A DNA stretch of 64,000 bases from an uncultured Alphaproteobacteria bacterium (GCA_944390915.1 CALXRS010000007.1:2214-66213); one strand, 5' to 3'. Positions 1-9,912 are shown, numbered from the stretch's first letter. The notes: generated by a model not told the origin, from the sequence alone. Numbers and translations: made by a program.

Positions 1-1
1 C

Positions 2-400
2 GGGTTCGCTTCCGTTCTCAGCTGGTGCCTGCGCACAGGTTTCATCCGTATACGGGAATTTTTTCAAATCGCAGGTGCAGGAATATTTATTGCCGCATTT
101 ACCATCATAAATACGCGGATATGCGCAGTCGTCATACACAAATTCTGGTCCGCAGCATATAACGTACGAACTGTCATACGGACAATAACCGTTTATATGT
201 TTGCCCTCCGCACAAGGAGCTTGCGTATATCCGTCGCACAAAGTTGCTCCGTCCGGCGCCTTATAATCGCCGAAGTCCATGCTGCCGGCACAGTCTTCGT
301 CGCCCACAAAGCACACTTTAGCCTGCGATTCGGGCGTCAAAACCAGCCCAAAACACAGTGAAAACAGTGCTATACACATGTTTTTACACAATATTTTCAT
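2..400 (-). CDS. Cysteine-rich secreted protein, N-terminal part (gene runs off the left edge)
   Basis: Not in the ORF track because it is open at the window edge. My reverse-complement translation from the ATG at 400-398 gives MKILCKNMCIALFSLCFGLVLTPESQAKVCFVGDEDCAGSMDFGDYKAPDGATLCDGY..., with no stop down to position 2. An AGGGGAAAGG RBS lies just upstream (403-412). The N-terminus looks like a signal peptide, followed by 12 Cys in about 105 residues. Confidence 0.55.
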   Translation of the reverse strand, partial: MKILCKNMCIALFSLCFGLVLTPESQAKVCFVGDEDCAGSMDFGDYKAPDGATLCDGYTQAPCAEGKHINGYCPYDSSYVICCGPEFVYDDCAYPRIYDGKCGNKYSCTCDLKKFPYTDETCAQAPAENGSEP

Positions 401-543
401 AACCTTTCCCCTTTTTATCCTTTGTTACAGTTCAGGTGATGTAAAATATTGTACGTTTGATTGCGGCGCTTTTTTTCTTCTGCAGCCCTTGATTTTCCGT
501 CTTGATTTTTGTTCTTTTTTAACGTACGTTTTCGCGCCATATC

Positions 544-589
544 AAAAAAACAACCCCTGAAGCCTTGCCCGGTAAAGCCTCGGGGGTTG
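544..589 (-). terminator. Intrinsic terminator downstream of the 614-1357 gene
   Basis: Stem caacccc (551-557) pairs with ggggttg (583-589). On the minus strand it is followed by T7 (complement of A7 at 544-550). Confidence 0.6.
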
Positions 590-613
590 TCCGAAAATAC
601 GACTTTTTTCAAA

Positions 614-1357
614 TCAGCAATAATACCAGTCTTTCTTGTTTTTTTGGTTGCGGATAATCGTTTGCATTTCCGGCGGCAAACTCTTAAAAATCCGGTTGGA
701 GATCAACCGCCGCTTATGCGGAAACTCCACTTTTCCCCAATCGGTGCGCCCATAAACCGGCGCCATGGCATGCAGACATTCATACATATATTTATAGCGG
801 CTTCCGGGCGGGATATCGGTTAGCCGCGCCAGCGCCCGATCGTATGCTTTGATTTGTTTTTGATAGTTTGTTTCCTGATTTGCCTTGTCAAGCAGCGTAT
901 GAAAATCGCTCAACGCCATTTTCTGCACCTCTTTTTCGCAGCTTGCGAATATCGGCGTTTTTTTCGGTAGCAGTCGCAATGCCCGCAAACCGTAGTTAAA
1001 AGCCTCGCCGGTGGTGGCGCAGGCTTCCGGCAGATGTTTTACGGCATGGGCTACGCGGCCGGCAAGTTTCGGCTCGGCCGGGCAGTCATTGATAAATTTT
1101 TTGATATGTTTGCGCCAATCGGCCATATCTTTTTCTGTCCGCGCGTCGGGAGACATCTGCGCATAGGCAAAATGCATCGTATATTCGTCGCCGGGCGTGG
1201 CGTTTTTTGGAAAATTTTTCCTCAGCGCATCAACAATTTCGCGCAGCCTTTGCGCATCGACCAAGCGGTCGAAGCCCGCCGCCAGTTCGTCTTTTTCTCT
1301 CACCTGCCGACAAAATTCCGTTAACTCGCCTTTCAGTCGTTGAAAATCTTCGCTCAT
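614..1357 (-). CDS. Hypothetical cytoplasmic protein (247 aa), no recognisable domain
   Basis: Long ORF starting 12 nt downstream of the GNAT gene on the same strand, with a terminator after it. I recognise no motif in MSEDFQRLKGELTEFCRQ... Confidence 0.6.
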   Translation of the reverse strand: MSEDFQRLKGELTEFCRQVREKDELAAGFDRLVDAQRLREIVDALRKNFPKNATPGDEYTMHFAYAQMSPDARTEKDMADWRKHIKKFINDCPAEPKLAGRVAHAVKHLPEACATTGEAFNYGLRALRLLPKKTPIFASCEKEVQKMALSDFHTLLDKANQETNYQKQIKAYDRALARLTDIPPGSRYKYMYECLHAMAPVYGRTDWGKVEFPHKRRLISNRIFKSLPPEMQTIIRNQKNKKDWYYC

Positions 1358-1369
1358 GCCTTTATCCCG

Positions 1370-1810
1370 TTACGATAAATCTTTCACCATCCGCGCAAAG
1401 GTAATGCCGCTTTCTTCAAAAATATCCCCTTCCTGACGATAACCCAGTTTTTCGTAAAAATTGACCACCGACAGCATGGCATGCATGACAATTCGCGAAT
1501 AACCGGCCTCTTTGGCGCGTTTTTCGGCGTATTTCACCATCTCACGCCCAATACCCTCGCGTTGATATTTGGTATCCACGGCCACCTGCATCAGGCGGAT
1601 TTCCTCATCGTTGACCGGCACCAGCATCAACCCGCCGACCAGTTTGTCGTCCAGACTTTCAATGCAGCCGATGTGCAGACAGCTCATTTCGTTTTCGCGG
1701 TATTTGTCCAAAAACTTCAGCCCGAGCGGCTCCAGCAAAATTTTGTAACGCAGCTCCACCAGCTCGTCATAGCGGGAAGACCCGAAATCAATATCAATCA
1801 TTTTTTTCAT
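1370..1810 (-). CDS. GNAT-family N-acetyltransferase
   Basis: 146 aa with an acetyl-CoA binding motif region, ..LMQVAVDTKYQREGIGREMVKYAEKRAKEAGYSRIVMHA..NFYEKLGY.. (the Q/RxxGxG/A pattern). Confidence 0.8.
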   Translation of the reverse strand: MKKMIDIDFGSSRYDELVELRYKILLEPLGLKFLDKYRENEMSCLHIGCIESLDDKLVGGLMLVPVNDEEIRLMQVAVDTKYQREGIGREMVKYAEKRAKEAGYSRIVMHAMLSVVNFYEKLGYRQEGDIFEESGITFARMVKDLS

Positions 1811-1948
1811 AAAAACGGCCTCCGTTGTCGGAACATATAATTATTGTTAGCATATTTTGAGGCGACAATCAATATTATATTGCCTTGCGGCGTTTTTTGC
1901 CCTATGTATTGAAATAATTTTACAATTATAAAGAACGGGAAAAAATTC

Positions 1949-3754
1949 ATGGTTCACGACTTAAACCTCATCCGCAATTTTGCCATCATTGCCCACATCG
2001 ACCACGGAAAATCGACTTTGGCCGACCGCCTGATTGAATATTGCGGCGGATTGAGCGCGCGCGAAATGCAGGAACAGGTGCTGGACTCAATGGATATCGA
2101 ACGCGAACGGGGCATCACCATCAAGGCGCAGACCGTACGCTTAAACTATACGGCGGCCGACGGCAAAACCTATCAGCTGAACCTCATGGACACCCCTGGA
2201 CACGTCGATTTTTCCTACGAAGTCAGCCGTTCGCTTGCCTCCTGCGAAGGCTCCGTGCTGGTGGTGGACGCCACCCAGGGGGTGGAAGCGCAAACGCTTG
2301 CCAATGTCTATCTGGCCATTGACAACAACCACGAAATCATCCCCGTTCTGAACAAGGTGGATCTGCCGTCTGCCGACCCCGAAAAAGTACGCCGGCAGAT
2401 TGAAGACGTTATCGGGCTCGACGCTTCCGGCGCGGTGGAAACTTCCGGCAAAACGGGGCTCGGCGTGCAAAACCTGCTGGAAGCAATCGTTACCCGTCTG
2501 CCGGCGCCCGCGGGAGACGAAAAAGCGCCGCTTAAAGCGCTCCTAATCGACAGCTGGTACGATTCTTATCTGGGGGTTATCATTTTGCTGCGCGTCAAAG
2601 ACGGCGTTGTTCGCAAAAAGCAGCAAATCCGCATGATGTCCAACAACGCCGTTTATCAGATCGACAAAGTCGGCATCTTCACCCCGAAAATGCAGGATGT
2701 CGAAGCGCTTTACCCCGGCGAAATAGGTTTTATCACCGCCAGCATCAAAAGCGTCGGCGACTGCCGTGTGGGCGATACCATCACCGACAACCGCACCCCC
2801 TGCGACAAGCCTCTGCACGGGTTCAAACCGTCGGTTCCGGTAGTGTTCTGCTCCGTTTTTCCGGTGGACAGCAGCCAATACGAAAATCTGAAAGACGCTC
2901 TGGCCAAGCTGAAACTAAACGACGCCAGCATCGACTATCAAAACGAAAATTCCGCAGCCCTCGGGCTCGGTTTCCGCTGCGGGTTCCTCGGTCTGCTGCA
3001 CATGGAAATCGTGCAGGAGCGCCTAAGCCGCGAATTTGATCTCGACCTCATCACCACCGCGCCGTCGGTTGCCTACACGCTGCACCTGACCAACGGCGAG
3101 TCGCTGACTTTGTGCAACCCGGCCGACATGCCGGATCTTTCCACCGTGCGCTCGATAGAAGAACCTCTGGTACGCGCCACCATTCTTGTGCCCGACGAAT
3201 ATCTCGGCGCGGTTTTAAAACTGTGCAACGACCGGCGCGGCGAACAGGAAGAACTGACCTATGCCGGCAGCCGGGCAATGGTGATTTACAAAATTCCCTT
3301 AAACGAGATTGTGTTTGACTTTTACGACCGCCTGAAATCCATCACCAGCGGCTATGCCAGCTTTGACTACGAGCTTATCGACCGGCAGGAATCCGACCTT
3401 GTCAAAGTGCAGATTCTGATAAATGAAGAACCGGTGGACGCGCTGGCCTTTCTCTGCCACCGATCGGAAGCCGAAGCCCGCGGCCGGCAGATTTGCGAAC
3501 GCCTGAAAGACCTGATACCGCGGCACCTGTTCAAAATTCCGATTCAGGCGGCCATCGGCGGCCGGGTCATCGCCCGCGAAACCATTTCCGCCCTGCGCAA
3601 AGACGTTACCGCCAAATGCTACGGCGGCGACATCACCCGCAAGCGCAAACTGCTCGACAAACAGAAAAAAGGCAAACAGCGCATGCGCCAGTTCGGCAAG
3701 GTGGAGATTCCGCAATCGGCGTTTATCGAAGCCCTGCGCATCGGCGACAAATAA
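1949..3754 (+). CDS. lepA: Translation elongation factor 4 (LepA)
   Basis: 601 aa. GTPase motifs [22 protein letters not shown] and NKVDL, plus the LepA-specific C-terminus ..[37 protein letters not shown]. Confidence 0.97.
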   Translation: MVHDLNLIRNFAIIAHIDHGKSTLADRLIEYCGGLSAREMQEQVLDSMDIERERGITIKAQTVRLNYTAADGKTYQLNLMDTPGHVDFSYEVSRSLASCEGSVLVVDATQGVEAQTLANVYLAIDNNHEIIPVLNKVDLPSADPEKVRRQIEDVIGLDASGAVETSGKTGLGVQNLLEAIVTRLPAPAGDEKAPLKALLIDSWYDSYLGVIILLRVKDGVVRKKQQIRMMSNNAVYQIDKVGIFTPKMQDVEALYPGEIGFITASIKSVGDCRVGDTITDNRTPCDKPLHGFKPSVPVVFCSVFPVDSSQYENLKDALAKLKLNDASIDYQNENSAALGLGFRCGFLGLLHMEIVQERLSREFDLDLITTAPSVAYTLHLTNGESLTLCNPADMPDLSTVRSIEEPLVRATILVPDEYLGAVLKLCNDRRGEQEELTYAGSRAMVIYKIPLNEIVFDFYDRLKSITSGYASFDYELIDRQESDLVKVQILINEEPVDALAFLCHRSEAEARGRQICERLKDLIPRHLFKIPIQAAIGGRVIARETISALRKDVTAKCYGGDITRKRKLLDKQKKGKQRMRQFGKVEIPQSAFIEALRIGDK

Positions 3755-3826
3755 TTTACCGCTTGAGAAACGTCGGATTATCGTCTATACTTGAACAAAA
3801 CAAAAATTATTCGGGAGGATATGTTG

Positions 3827-4603
3827 ATGAAATTGCAAACGATGCTGTTGGCCGGATTATGCTGCCTTTATTCAACGGCGGTTTTTGCGCAGGCGGTGGA
3901 AGGCGTGCAGTCTTTCAGCCAGCCGGAAGGCTCCTGGCGGCGCGAAGCGCAGCCCCAAAAAGAAACTCCCAAACCGCAGCAACGCTTTTATGACGAACTG
4001 GGAAAATTTGCCATCGACAATATCGTTAATTCCGAACAAGCGTTTTGTTACGAAGTTTTTCCGCAAAATGCCGAATATGAAGGCTACACGCTGAACAGTT
4101 TTCCGATTCGCGGTTTTTGCGGCGTCATCGGCGAAGAAGTCCGCAACATGATAATTCAATATTTTATGGCCACGGAAGGGAATGTTCTGTTCGATCAGGC
4201 GGAAGAATGCATTATTGAACCGAAAATCATCATCCGTTTTATCCGCGGCGTAGACTATACGGATGTTTTGCTTTCTTCTCCCTGTCACTCCTTTGCCATA
4301 TTTTACGGCGGCGGCGTGCGGCTTTACAATTTCAAACCCGGTGCGCCGATTATCGACGCCATTCTCAAAGCTCTTGCCCCCAAACATGCGGAATTTGTCT
4401 CGCCCGCGCTCTTAAACCAATTGATGCCGGTCGGCGTGGTACAAAATGAACAGCAAAGACGGATTGTCAACCGTCGCAGCGAGCCGATTCGCAAGTGGAC
4501 TCAAAAAGTGGAAGAAGAAGCCGCCAAAAAAGCCGAAGAAAACAAAAAGAACAACAGCGGCTGGAACAAGCTGAAACTGCGCGGCTTCGGCGGAAACAAT
4601 TAA
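3827..4603 (+). CDS. Secreted/periplasmic hypothetical protein with Lys/Glu-rich C-terminal tail
   Basis: The track ORF 3791-4603 starts at a TTG. I prefer the ATG at 3827, 7 nt after GGAGGA (3814-3819), which gives MKLQTMLLAGLCCLYSTAVFAQA/VEG, a signal peptide. No domain recognised. Confidence 0.6.
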   Translation: MKLQTMLLAGLCCLYSTAVFAQAVEGVQSFSQPEGSWRREAQPQKETPKPQQRFYDELGKFAIDNIVNSEQAFCYEVFPQNAEYEGYTLNSFPIRGFCGVIGEEVRNMIIQYFMATEGNVLFDQAEECIIEPKIIIRFIRGVDYTDVLLSSPCHSFAIFYGGGVRLYNFKPGAPIIDAILKALAPKHAEFVSPALLNQLMPVGVVQNEQQRRIVNRRSEPIRKWTQKVEEEAAKKAEENKKNNSGWNKLKLRGFGGNN

Positions 4604-4635
4604 GCGGAAACAATCGGCTCCGTTATCCTTTTTTC

Positions 4636-4664
4636 CTCTTCCCTCAGGGGAGAAGAGATTTTTG
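4636..4664 (+). terminator. Intrinsic terminator after the 3827-4603 gene
   Basis: ctcttcccc / ggggagaagag hairpin followed by ATTTTTG. Confidence 0.6.
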
Positions 4665-4675
4665 TTATCCCGAAT

Positions 4676-4727
4676 CCGTACGATTTTTTGTCGTGCCGCT
4701 GCCGTACGATTTTTTGTCGTGCCGCTG
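4676..4727. repeat. Perfect 26-bp tandem duplication (x2)
   Basis: ccgtacgattttttgtcgtgccgctg occurs at 4676-4701 and again at 4702-4727, in a convergent intergenic spacer. Confidence 0.9.
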
Positions 4728-4790
4728 CCGCTTTCTGCGCCTCTTTGAACTCGGAAAAAACCGCGGCCGACACGGGGTTTTCCATGTATG

Positions 4791-4821
4791 ACAAAAAGGC
4801 TCCGCCGACGTCGACAGAGCC
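4791..4821 (-). terminator. Intrinsic terminator after the giant pilin-like gene
   Basis: ggctc (4798-4802) pairs with gagcc (4817-4821). On the minus strand a T-run follows (complement of 4793-4797). It begins 15 nt past the stop codon at 4837-4839. Confidence 0.55.
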
Positions 4822-4836
4822 TTTGTTTGCAACCGA

Positions 4837-7800
4837 TTACCACGGATCGTTATATTTCAGTTTGGGATCATTCAGATTTCCAATATTCGTAGCCCCGCTC
4901 TTATCCCAAAAACTGCGCGGACTCTCTAACTGGTCATAGCCTGTATCCACATAAGTCGGTTCCCACCCTGCTTTGCGGTTAAAATAGCAATAAACGGTCA
5001 CATAGGCTTCCAACTGGCGATATTGCACCGGATACAGATTCCAATAAATGGTATTTGCCGAGACAGAGCCGTCCTCACCTACCTCCATATTTCCCGAGGA
5101 TCCGGTGTTGGCCGATCCGTGTTCTCCCGCAGCGTTCGTTGTGCCAACCATTCCGCTTATGAAATCCGCATAATAATTACGAGGATAAATAAATCCCATA
5201 ACCGTTCCCCAGCCGTTAAAGGTCGTGACTTCATCACACTTACCGTTTGTTTGAAGCCCTCCGCAGTTCGGCAATACCATGGCTCGCAGCCAGGTACTCT
5301 TTTGGAAGGTCAACGGGTTGACCGGTTCCACTTCCTCCGCCTCGGTTCTTTTTTCGCCGTTGACCGTATACCAATACAGATACGGATTGTTATGAGTGGC
5401 AATATCGATGGCGGAATTTTTAGTTACCGGCGTACCGGCCTGAGCCATCGACCAGCCGGAAGGATTGATGGTAATCACTTTCGAATACCCCTGCGGACAA
5501 ACCGGCGTCGGCACAAATCCGAGGTAGGCGGAAGTATAACTTTCGCTTGAAACGCTCTCCCCCGTCAGTTCCGTAAAGGTTGCCGGATCTTTCGTCTCAT
5601 CAGTCCACGGCGTATTATCGGGGTACGTGTTATCAACCACATAAATCCCCTTATTGATAAAGTCCGGCAAAATATCGCTCAACCGCGCGCCGCCGCGGGT
5701 GGTCAGCTTGATATCGTTCATCACCGACGTATAGGCCGGGTTAACCTCAAATTTATCATAAGGCACAATAGCTGCATTATCCGTACCTAAAATGGTCGCC
5801 CCCTCCCCCGGCGATGCGTGCGTCTTATTCAGCGCGCCGACGCTGGGCACCACCTGCGAAATAAAGCGATCCGCGGCTATGTAACCGATAGCTTCGGTTG
5901 TCGTGTCATAACCTTCCGATATCGTTTTGTTGGACAGGCGGCCGCCGCTTGCACTGTCAATATTAATTGCTCCGCGACGAATGTAAACGCTGCCGCGCTC
6001 ATCCGTTGTCGTCGTAGTGCTGTCGTCATTAGTTGTTGTAACCGCATCATGCGTTTCGTTGTTGTCCACCTGCAGGATAATATCCCCGGCGGCCAGAGTC
6101 GTCGTCGTGCTGGCCTCCGTAGCCAAAATCTGAAAATCGCCCTTGTTGACATAAAGCGAGGGGTTGCCCATACCTACACGAAGAGCATTGCCGTCGGCAT
6201 CGGTGGCATCGGCGCTGACCGACGGATTGCTCGGATATTCGTCCACAGCAGTATCGGCTGACGAAACGACGTCATAATCATAGATGGCAAAACCGCCGGC
6301 AAAGCGTGATGAAATATAACCTTCCTCCCTCTTGGCTTTAATATCCATCACCGGCCGCGCCTGATCGTCACTATCGAGCACCGGCTCGCTGATCGTCAGA
6401 TCCATGCCGCCCAACCCGAAAATACCGTTGTCGTCAACATCCCGCCGATACAAATAATCATGCGGATAATCAGCCGCGGCAGCCGTCGAGGACGTTGTTA
6501 TATTATCGGCAAAATGCTGCGAAATAAAACGGCTGTTATCCGCCACCGAATCGAGATAGGCGCCTCCTACTCCGCTATAGTCGCTGTAATAGGCGCGCAG
6601 CATGTTGTCCTGAATAGAAACCATGCCGTCGGTGATAAACGAGCCGTCGCTGAGCATTGTCGACAGGGAAATGCCCGTGGCCGCGCCTATTTTAACCTGT
6701 CCGGCAGCCGTGTTGTTGCTTATCGTCGCATAGGCTCCCATACCGGAATCGGCAACGGAGACGCCGGGCGTATATTCCAGCAAACCGACATGATTGCCGT
6801 CCGCATCGCCGACTTCGGTATCGACCAGAATATTGACCCCGCTTTCATGGTTCATCCTGATACCCGTCTGAATTTCCGTTCCGTCGTCGGAAGTATCGTC
6901 CTGTTCGGCTATCTGCAAACGATATCCTTTGTTGGAAAAGGCGTCGGTATAGGGGCCTACCAGCAAATAACCGTTTCCGGAATCCGTAACCGCGCCCGTA
7001 TCATCGGTAGCACTGGCTCTCTTTTTGGTTACCACATAAAATTCCTCGTCCTTGGTCACCTTGTCAAAATCTTCCGGCACAACACCGGCGCGCAGGGTGG
7101 CCGCATCGACGTTATAAGCCTTCAGTTTTGCCGTTTTTAAGCTGTCTTTCACAAAAGCCGGACCGTTTACCGTCAAGGCATGTTCGTTTCCGGTATCAGA
7201 ATCCGCAATATCCGTACTTTCAAATTTGCCGTTTTCGATTTTCGGCGTGCCGTCCGCGTTATAGCTGTATGTCGTATAGGAACCTTTGTGAGCATCGCCG
7301 CCGCCGACAATGACCGCCGGCGTCGCATTGGAGGTTACCCATTGATTTATGTCATTTTCATCATATTTTCCGCCGTCCGGATCGGTTTTCGGATTGCGCA
7401 CGCTCAAAGCGCCGTCAAAGATGTTGGCACGCGAGGCATTAATGGCTAACATCTTTTGCGTGCCGACAATTCCCGTTTCCGTCTCGCCTTCGGCATTGAC
7501 CGTTTCTCCTTCGGTTTTGGAGACAAATTCCATGGACGTATTATCCTTATCAACCGTCAACAGAGCGCCGGCCGTTTCTTCATCGATATTGCCATATTCC
7601 ATTTTGCCGGTGGTAACGCTGTATATGGCGTTGCCGCGAACGGTGGTGGTAACGGGATTGTTCGGATCGCTGTTATCCTCATGGGTGGCCGTTTCGTAAT
7701 ATTTGATACCGCCGTCGTTTTCGGTGGCGTCTTCTTCGCTGCGCACCGTAAACAACGAAGCCAACGCGGCAAAGTTTCCTTCCATAAAGGCACCGCCGCC

Positions 7801-8775
7801 GCTGCCGATATAAAGGGTATAGTCCAGATTCGGTTCATAGGTTTGTTCGTAGGGAATGGCTTCCAGTACGGTTGTTTCCGCCAACCTCTCGTCAACCTGG
7901 TTGGCCTCGCCGCCGACCATCCACTCCAGCTGCGGCGTCATGATAATCTGGTTCACCTGCCGAATGTTGTGAATCTTGTCGTTATAGGCCATGAACAGAT
8001 CCGTCTCCATGGAGTTCAGCAGATGGTCGTTCTGCGGCTCGTCCTTGCGGTGCAGCACGTCTTCGTTGGCCAAGCCCTGAGAGGAAATCGGCTGCAGCGA
8101 AGAAACGACGAAAGAATTTTCGGGCAGGGTGACGTCGCCCAGCTCCGCGTCGGAAGTGAGGCTCCAAATACCCTGAGCGCCCATAATCTCGCCGTTGGCA
8201 TCTTTATAGCCGCCGTTGCTGCCGACCATGGTGGCAATTCGCGCCACACGGGTCGAGGGAAAATCTTCTCCCTCGTTCGGCACCGCGGTCAAAAAGCCGG
8301 TAACCGTTTCCGCTACGATGGTTTCGTTGCCCTCTTCGTCGGTTTCGGTACCGGTTGTTTTGCGCAGCACGACCTGGAAAGAATTGTTGTCGGTTTCCGA
8401 GCTCGAAAACAGCTTGCTGTCTTGCGTTTTACCGTCTTTCAAAAAGCCGTAGGGCAAATATTCGCACAAGTGAGAAATATCAAACCTAACCGACGTGTCA
8501 TCGGTAAAACCGGCATAGTCCACGCTGTTAACGTTACATCCGTTTACCACCTTTTCGCCGTCGGTAATCCGCGTAAAGTTGTCTTTGATGTAGGCATCCA
8601 TGGCATCGGCCAGCACCCGCAACTGATTTGAGGCGTTGATATCCTGCAGTTCGGTCGTCCGTTCCGCCGCTTTTTTGTACAAAATAGGCGTAACCATTGC
8701 AATCAGCCCCAACATGGCCATTGCTTCCACCAGCATGGTGCCGGTTTCGTTTACTTTGTCAAATATCTTTTTCAT
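4837..8775 (-). CDS. Giant (1312 aa) surface protein with a prepilin/TadE-like class III signal peptide; putative pilus-associated adhesin
   Basis: N-terminus is MKKIFDKVNETG/TMLVEAMAMLGLIAMVTPILY: a short charged leader, Gly at -1, Glu at +5, then about 20 hydrophobic residues. The rest is D/T/G/N/S-rich and almost Cys-free, apart from a Cys-containing C-terminal ~250 aa. GGGGGAAAA RBS upstream. Starts 21 nt downstream of the 8797-9684 gene. Confidence 0.6.
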   Translation of the reverse strand: MKKIFDKVNETGTMLVEAMAMLGLIAMVTPILYKKAAERTTELQDINASNQLRVLADAMDAYIKDNFTRITDGEKVVNGCNVNSVDYAGFTDDTSVRFDISHLCEYLPYGFLKDGKTQDSKLFSSSETDNNSFQVVLRKTTGTETDEEGNETIVAETVTGFLTAVPNEGEDFPSTRVARIATMVGSNGGYKDANGEIMGAQGIWSLTSDAELGDVTLPENSFVVSSLQPISSQGLANEDVLHRKDEPQNDHLLNSMETDLFMAYNDKIHNIRQVNQIIMTPQLEWMVGGEANQVDERLAETTVLEAIPYEQTYEPNLDYTLYIGSGGGAFMEGNFAALASLFTVRSEEDATENDGGIKYYETATHEDNSDPNNPVTTTVRGNAIYSVTTGKMEYGNIDEETAGALLTVDKDNTSMEFVSKTEGETVNAEGETETGIVGTQKMLAINASRANIFDGALSVRNPKTDPDGGKYDENDINQWVTSNATPAVIVGGGDAHKGSYTTYSYNADGTPKIENGKFESTDIADSDTGNEHALTVNGPAFVKDSLKTAKLKAYNVDAATLRAGVVPEDFDKVTKDEEFYVVTKKRASATDDTGAVTDSGNGYLLVGPYTDAFSNKGYRLQIAEQDDTSDDGTEIQTGIRMNHESGVNILVDTEVGDADGNHVGLLEYTPGVSVADSGMGAYATISNNTAAGQVKIGAATGISLSTMLSDGSFITDGMVSIQDNMLRAYYSDYSGVGGAYLDSVADNSRFISQHFADNITTSSTAAAADYPHDYLYRRDVDDNGIFGLGGMDLTISEPVLDSDDQARPVMDIKAKREEGYISSRFAGGFAIYDYDVVSSADTAVDEYPSNPSVSADATDADGNALRVGMGNPSLYVNKGDFQILATEASTTTTLAAGDIILQVDNNETHDAVTTTNDDSTTTTTDERGSVYIRRGAINIDSASGGRLSNKTISEGYDTTTEAIGYIAADRFISQVVPSVGALNKTHASPGEGATILGTDNAAIVPYDKFEVNPAYTSVMNDIKLTTRGGARLSDILPDFINKGIYVVDNTYPDNTPWTDETKDPATFTELTGESVSSESYTSAYLGFVPTPVCPQGYSKVITINPSGWSMAQAGTPVTKNSAIDIATHNNPYLYWYTVNGEKRTEAEEVEPVNPLTFQKSTWLRAMVLPNCGGLQTNGKCDEVTTFNGWGTVMGFIYPRNYYADFISGMVGTTNAAGEHGSANTGSSGNMEVGEDGSVSANTIYWNLYPVQYRQLEAYVTVYCYFNRKAGWEPTYVDTGYDQLESPRSFWDKSGATNIGNLNDPKLKYNDPW

Positions 8776-8796
8776 GGCTTGTTTTCCCCCGTAAAA

Positions 8797-9684
8797 CTAG
8801 AACCTGGACATATAAACCAGACAATAATCGCAGCTGCTGTACATGTCGTCAAGACTCTGCGGATTGGCCGGATCATAGTCTTCGTTGTGCCGGCGCAGAC
8901 TTCCGCAAACATTGGCAAAGGACTTTTCTCCCGTTGACGTTTCCGAAATATAGCTCGGAATCGGCAGATAAAATTGTCCGCCCTGCCCGTAAACGCCCAT
9001 CGGCGTATGAATAACCTCGGTGTATTGGTTTTCGTCGGTATAGACTTCCGAATCCGTCAGTTCGTCGCGGTCAATGGCATATCCCAATCCGTGTGTAAAT
9101 CCGGTTGTCGTCCGCATGGCGCCGAGCAACATGGCATCCGGCTTGCCGGAACGCACGTCGCGCCATTTGGAGGGCACGCAGCCGTAAGTTACCAGATAAA
9201 CGGCCGTCGACAACCCGCTGCAGCAATTGGAACCGTCGCCGAGATCGGGGTTAAGCCCCGTACCATCGTCCGAGTCGCCGGTTGTTCCGTCGTCGGTCGC
9301 GCCGTCCGCATCGGACGGCGGCAAACCCGCCGTGCAGCTGGAAGGCAATGCCAACACGCCTTCTTCTTCCAGATGGTTAACATCCAGACAATACACCCAG
9401 CTCGTAAATTTCGTAAAGCCGCTGTCCTGCTGGAAACCGTAGGGCAGATCGGCTTGAAGCATGTCCGCGGTCAGCTCTCCCGGACGATAGCTCAGGTTAA
9501 GCACCGTCGAATTGCGGTTGCGCTTGGACAAATAGTTCATCGCCGCGCGGTGTTGCACGTACATTTTGGTGATAATCGTCTGTGCCTGCGGCTCGACATA
9601 CAATTCCTTGATATCGGGGCGCAGCGACGTATTCAGCGCAAACAACGCGGCAATAAAAGTTGCTATAATGACCCACAGATACAT
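8797..9684 (-). CDS. N-terminally membrane-anchored hypothetical protein (295 aa), co-operonic with the giant pilin-like gene
   Basis: MYLWVIIATFIAALFALNTSL.. is a hydrophobic anchor. There is an acidic G/D/T linker (PPSDADGATDDGTTGDSDDGTG) and several Cys pairs. An in-frame stop lies 5 codons upstream of the ATG. Confidence 0.6.
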   Translation of the reverse strand: MYLWVIIATFIAALFALNTSLRPDIKELYVEPQAQTIITKMYVQHRAAMNYLSKRNRNSTVLNLSYRPGELTADMLQADLPYGFQQDSGFTKFTSWVYCLDVNHLEEEGVLALPSSCTAGLPPSDADGATDDGTTGDSDDGTGLNPDLGDGSNCCSGLSTAVYLVTYGCVPSKWRDVRSGKPDAMLLGAMRTTTGFTHGLGYAIDRDELTDSEVYTDENQYTEVIHTPMGVYGQGGQFYLPIPSYISETSTGEKSFANVCGSLRRHNEDYDPANPQSLDDMYSSCDYCLVYMSRF

Positions 9685-9912
9685 AGGCTCATCCCATCAA
9701 TACACCAATTTCAAATGTATTCTAACATAAACAACTTTAAAAAAAAAGCAAATTAAATCTCACGCGCCCTATTTCACATATTTGTAACATCGTTTTTGCG
9801 GTTTCGAATCGCTTGGTTCTGAAAAAACGGCTCATAAAAACATCTTTTTTCTTGTCTCGCAAAAAAAATGAGCTACGATATTTAACCGTAGTTTTTACAA
9901 AGGATAACCGGA

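Noticed and set aside
5023-8631. Several plus-strand ORFs (for example 7456-8631 at 391 aa, 6460-7140, 5023-5550) antisense to the giant pilin-like gene.
   Set aside because: They are fragmented, Arg/Gly/Ile-rich shadows. The single uninterrupted 3.9-kb minus-strand frame with an RBS and a terminator is far more probable.
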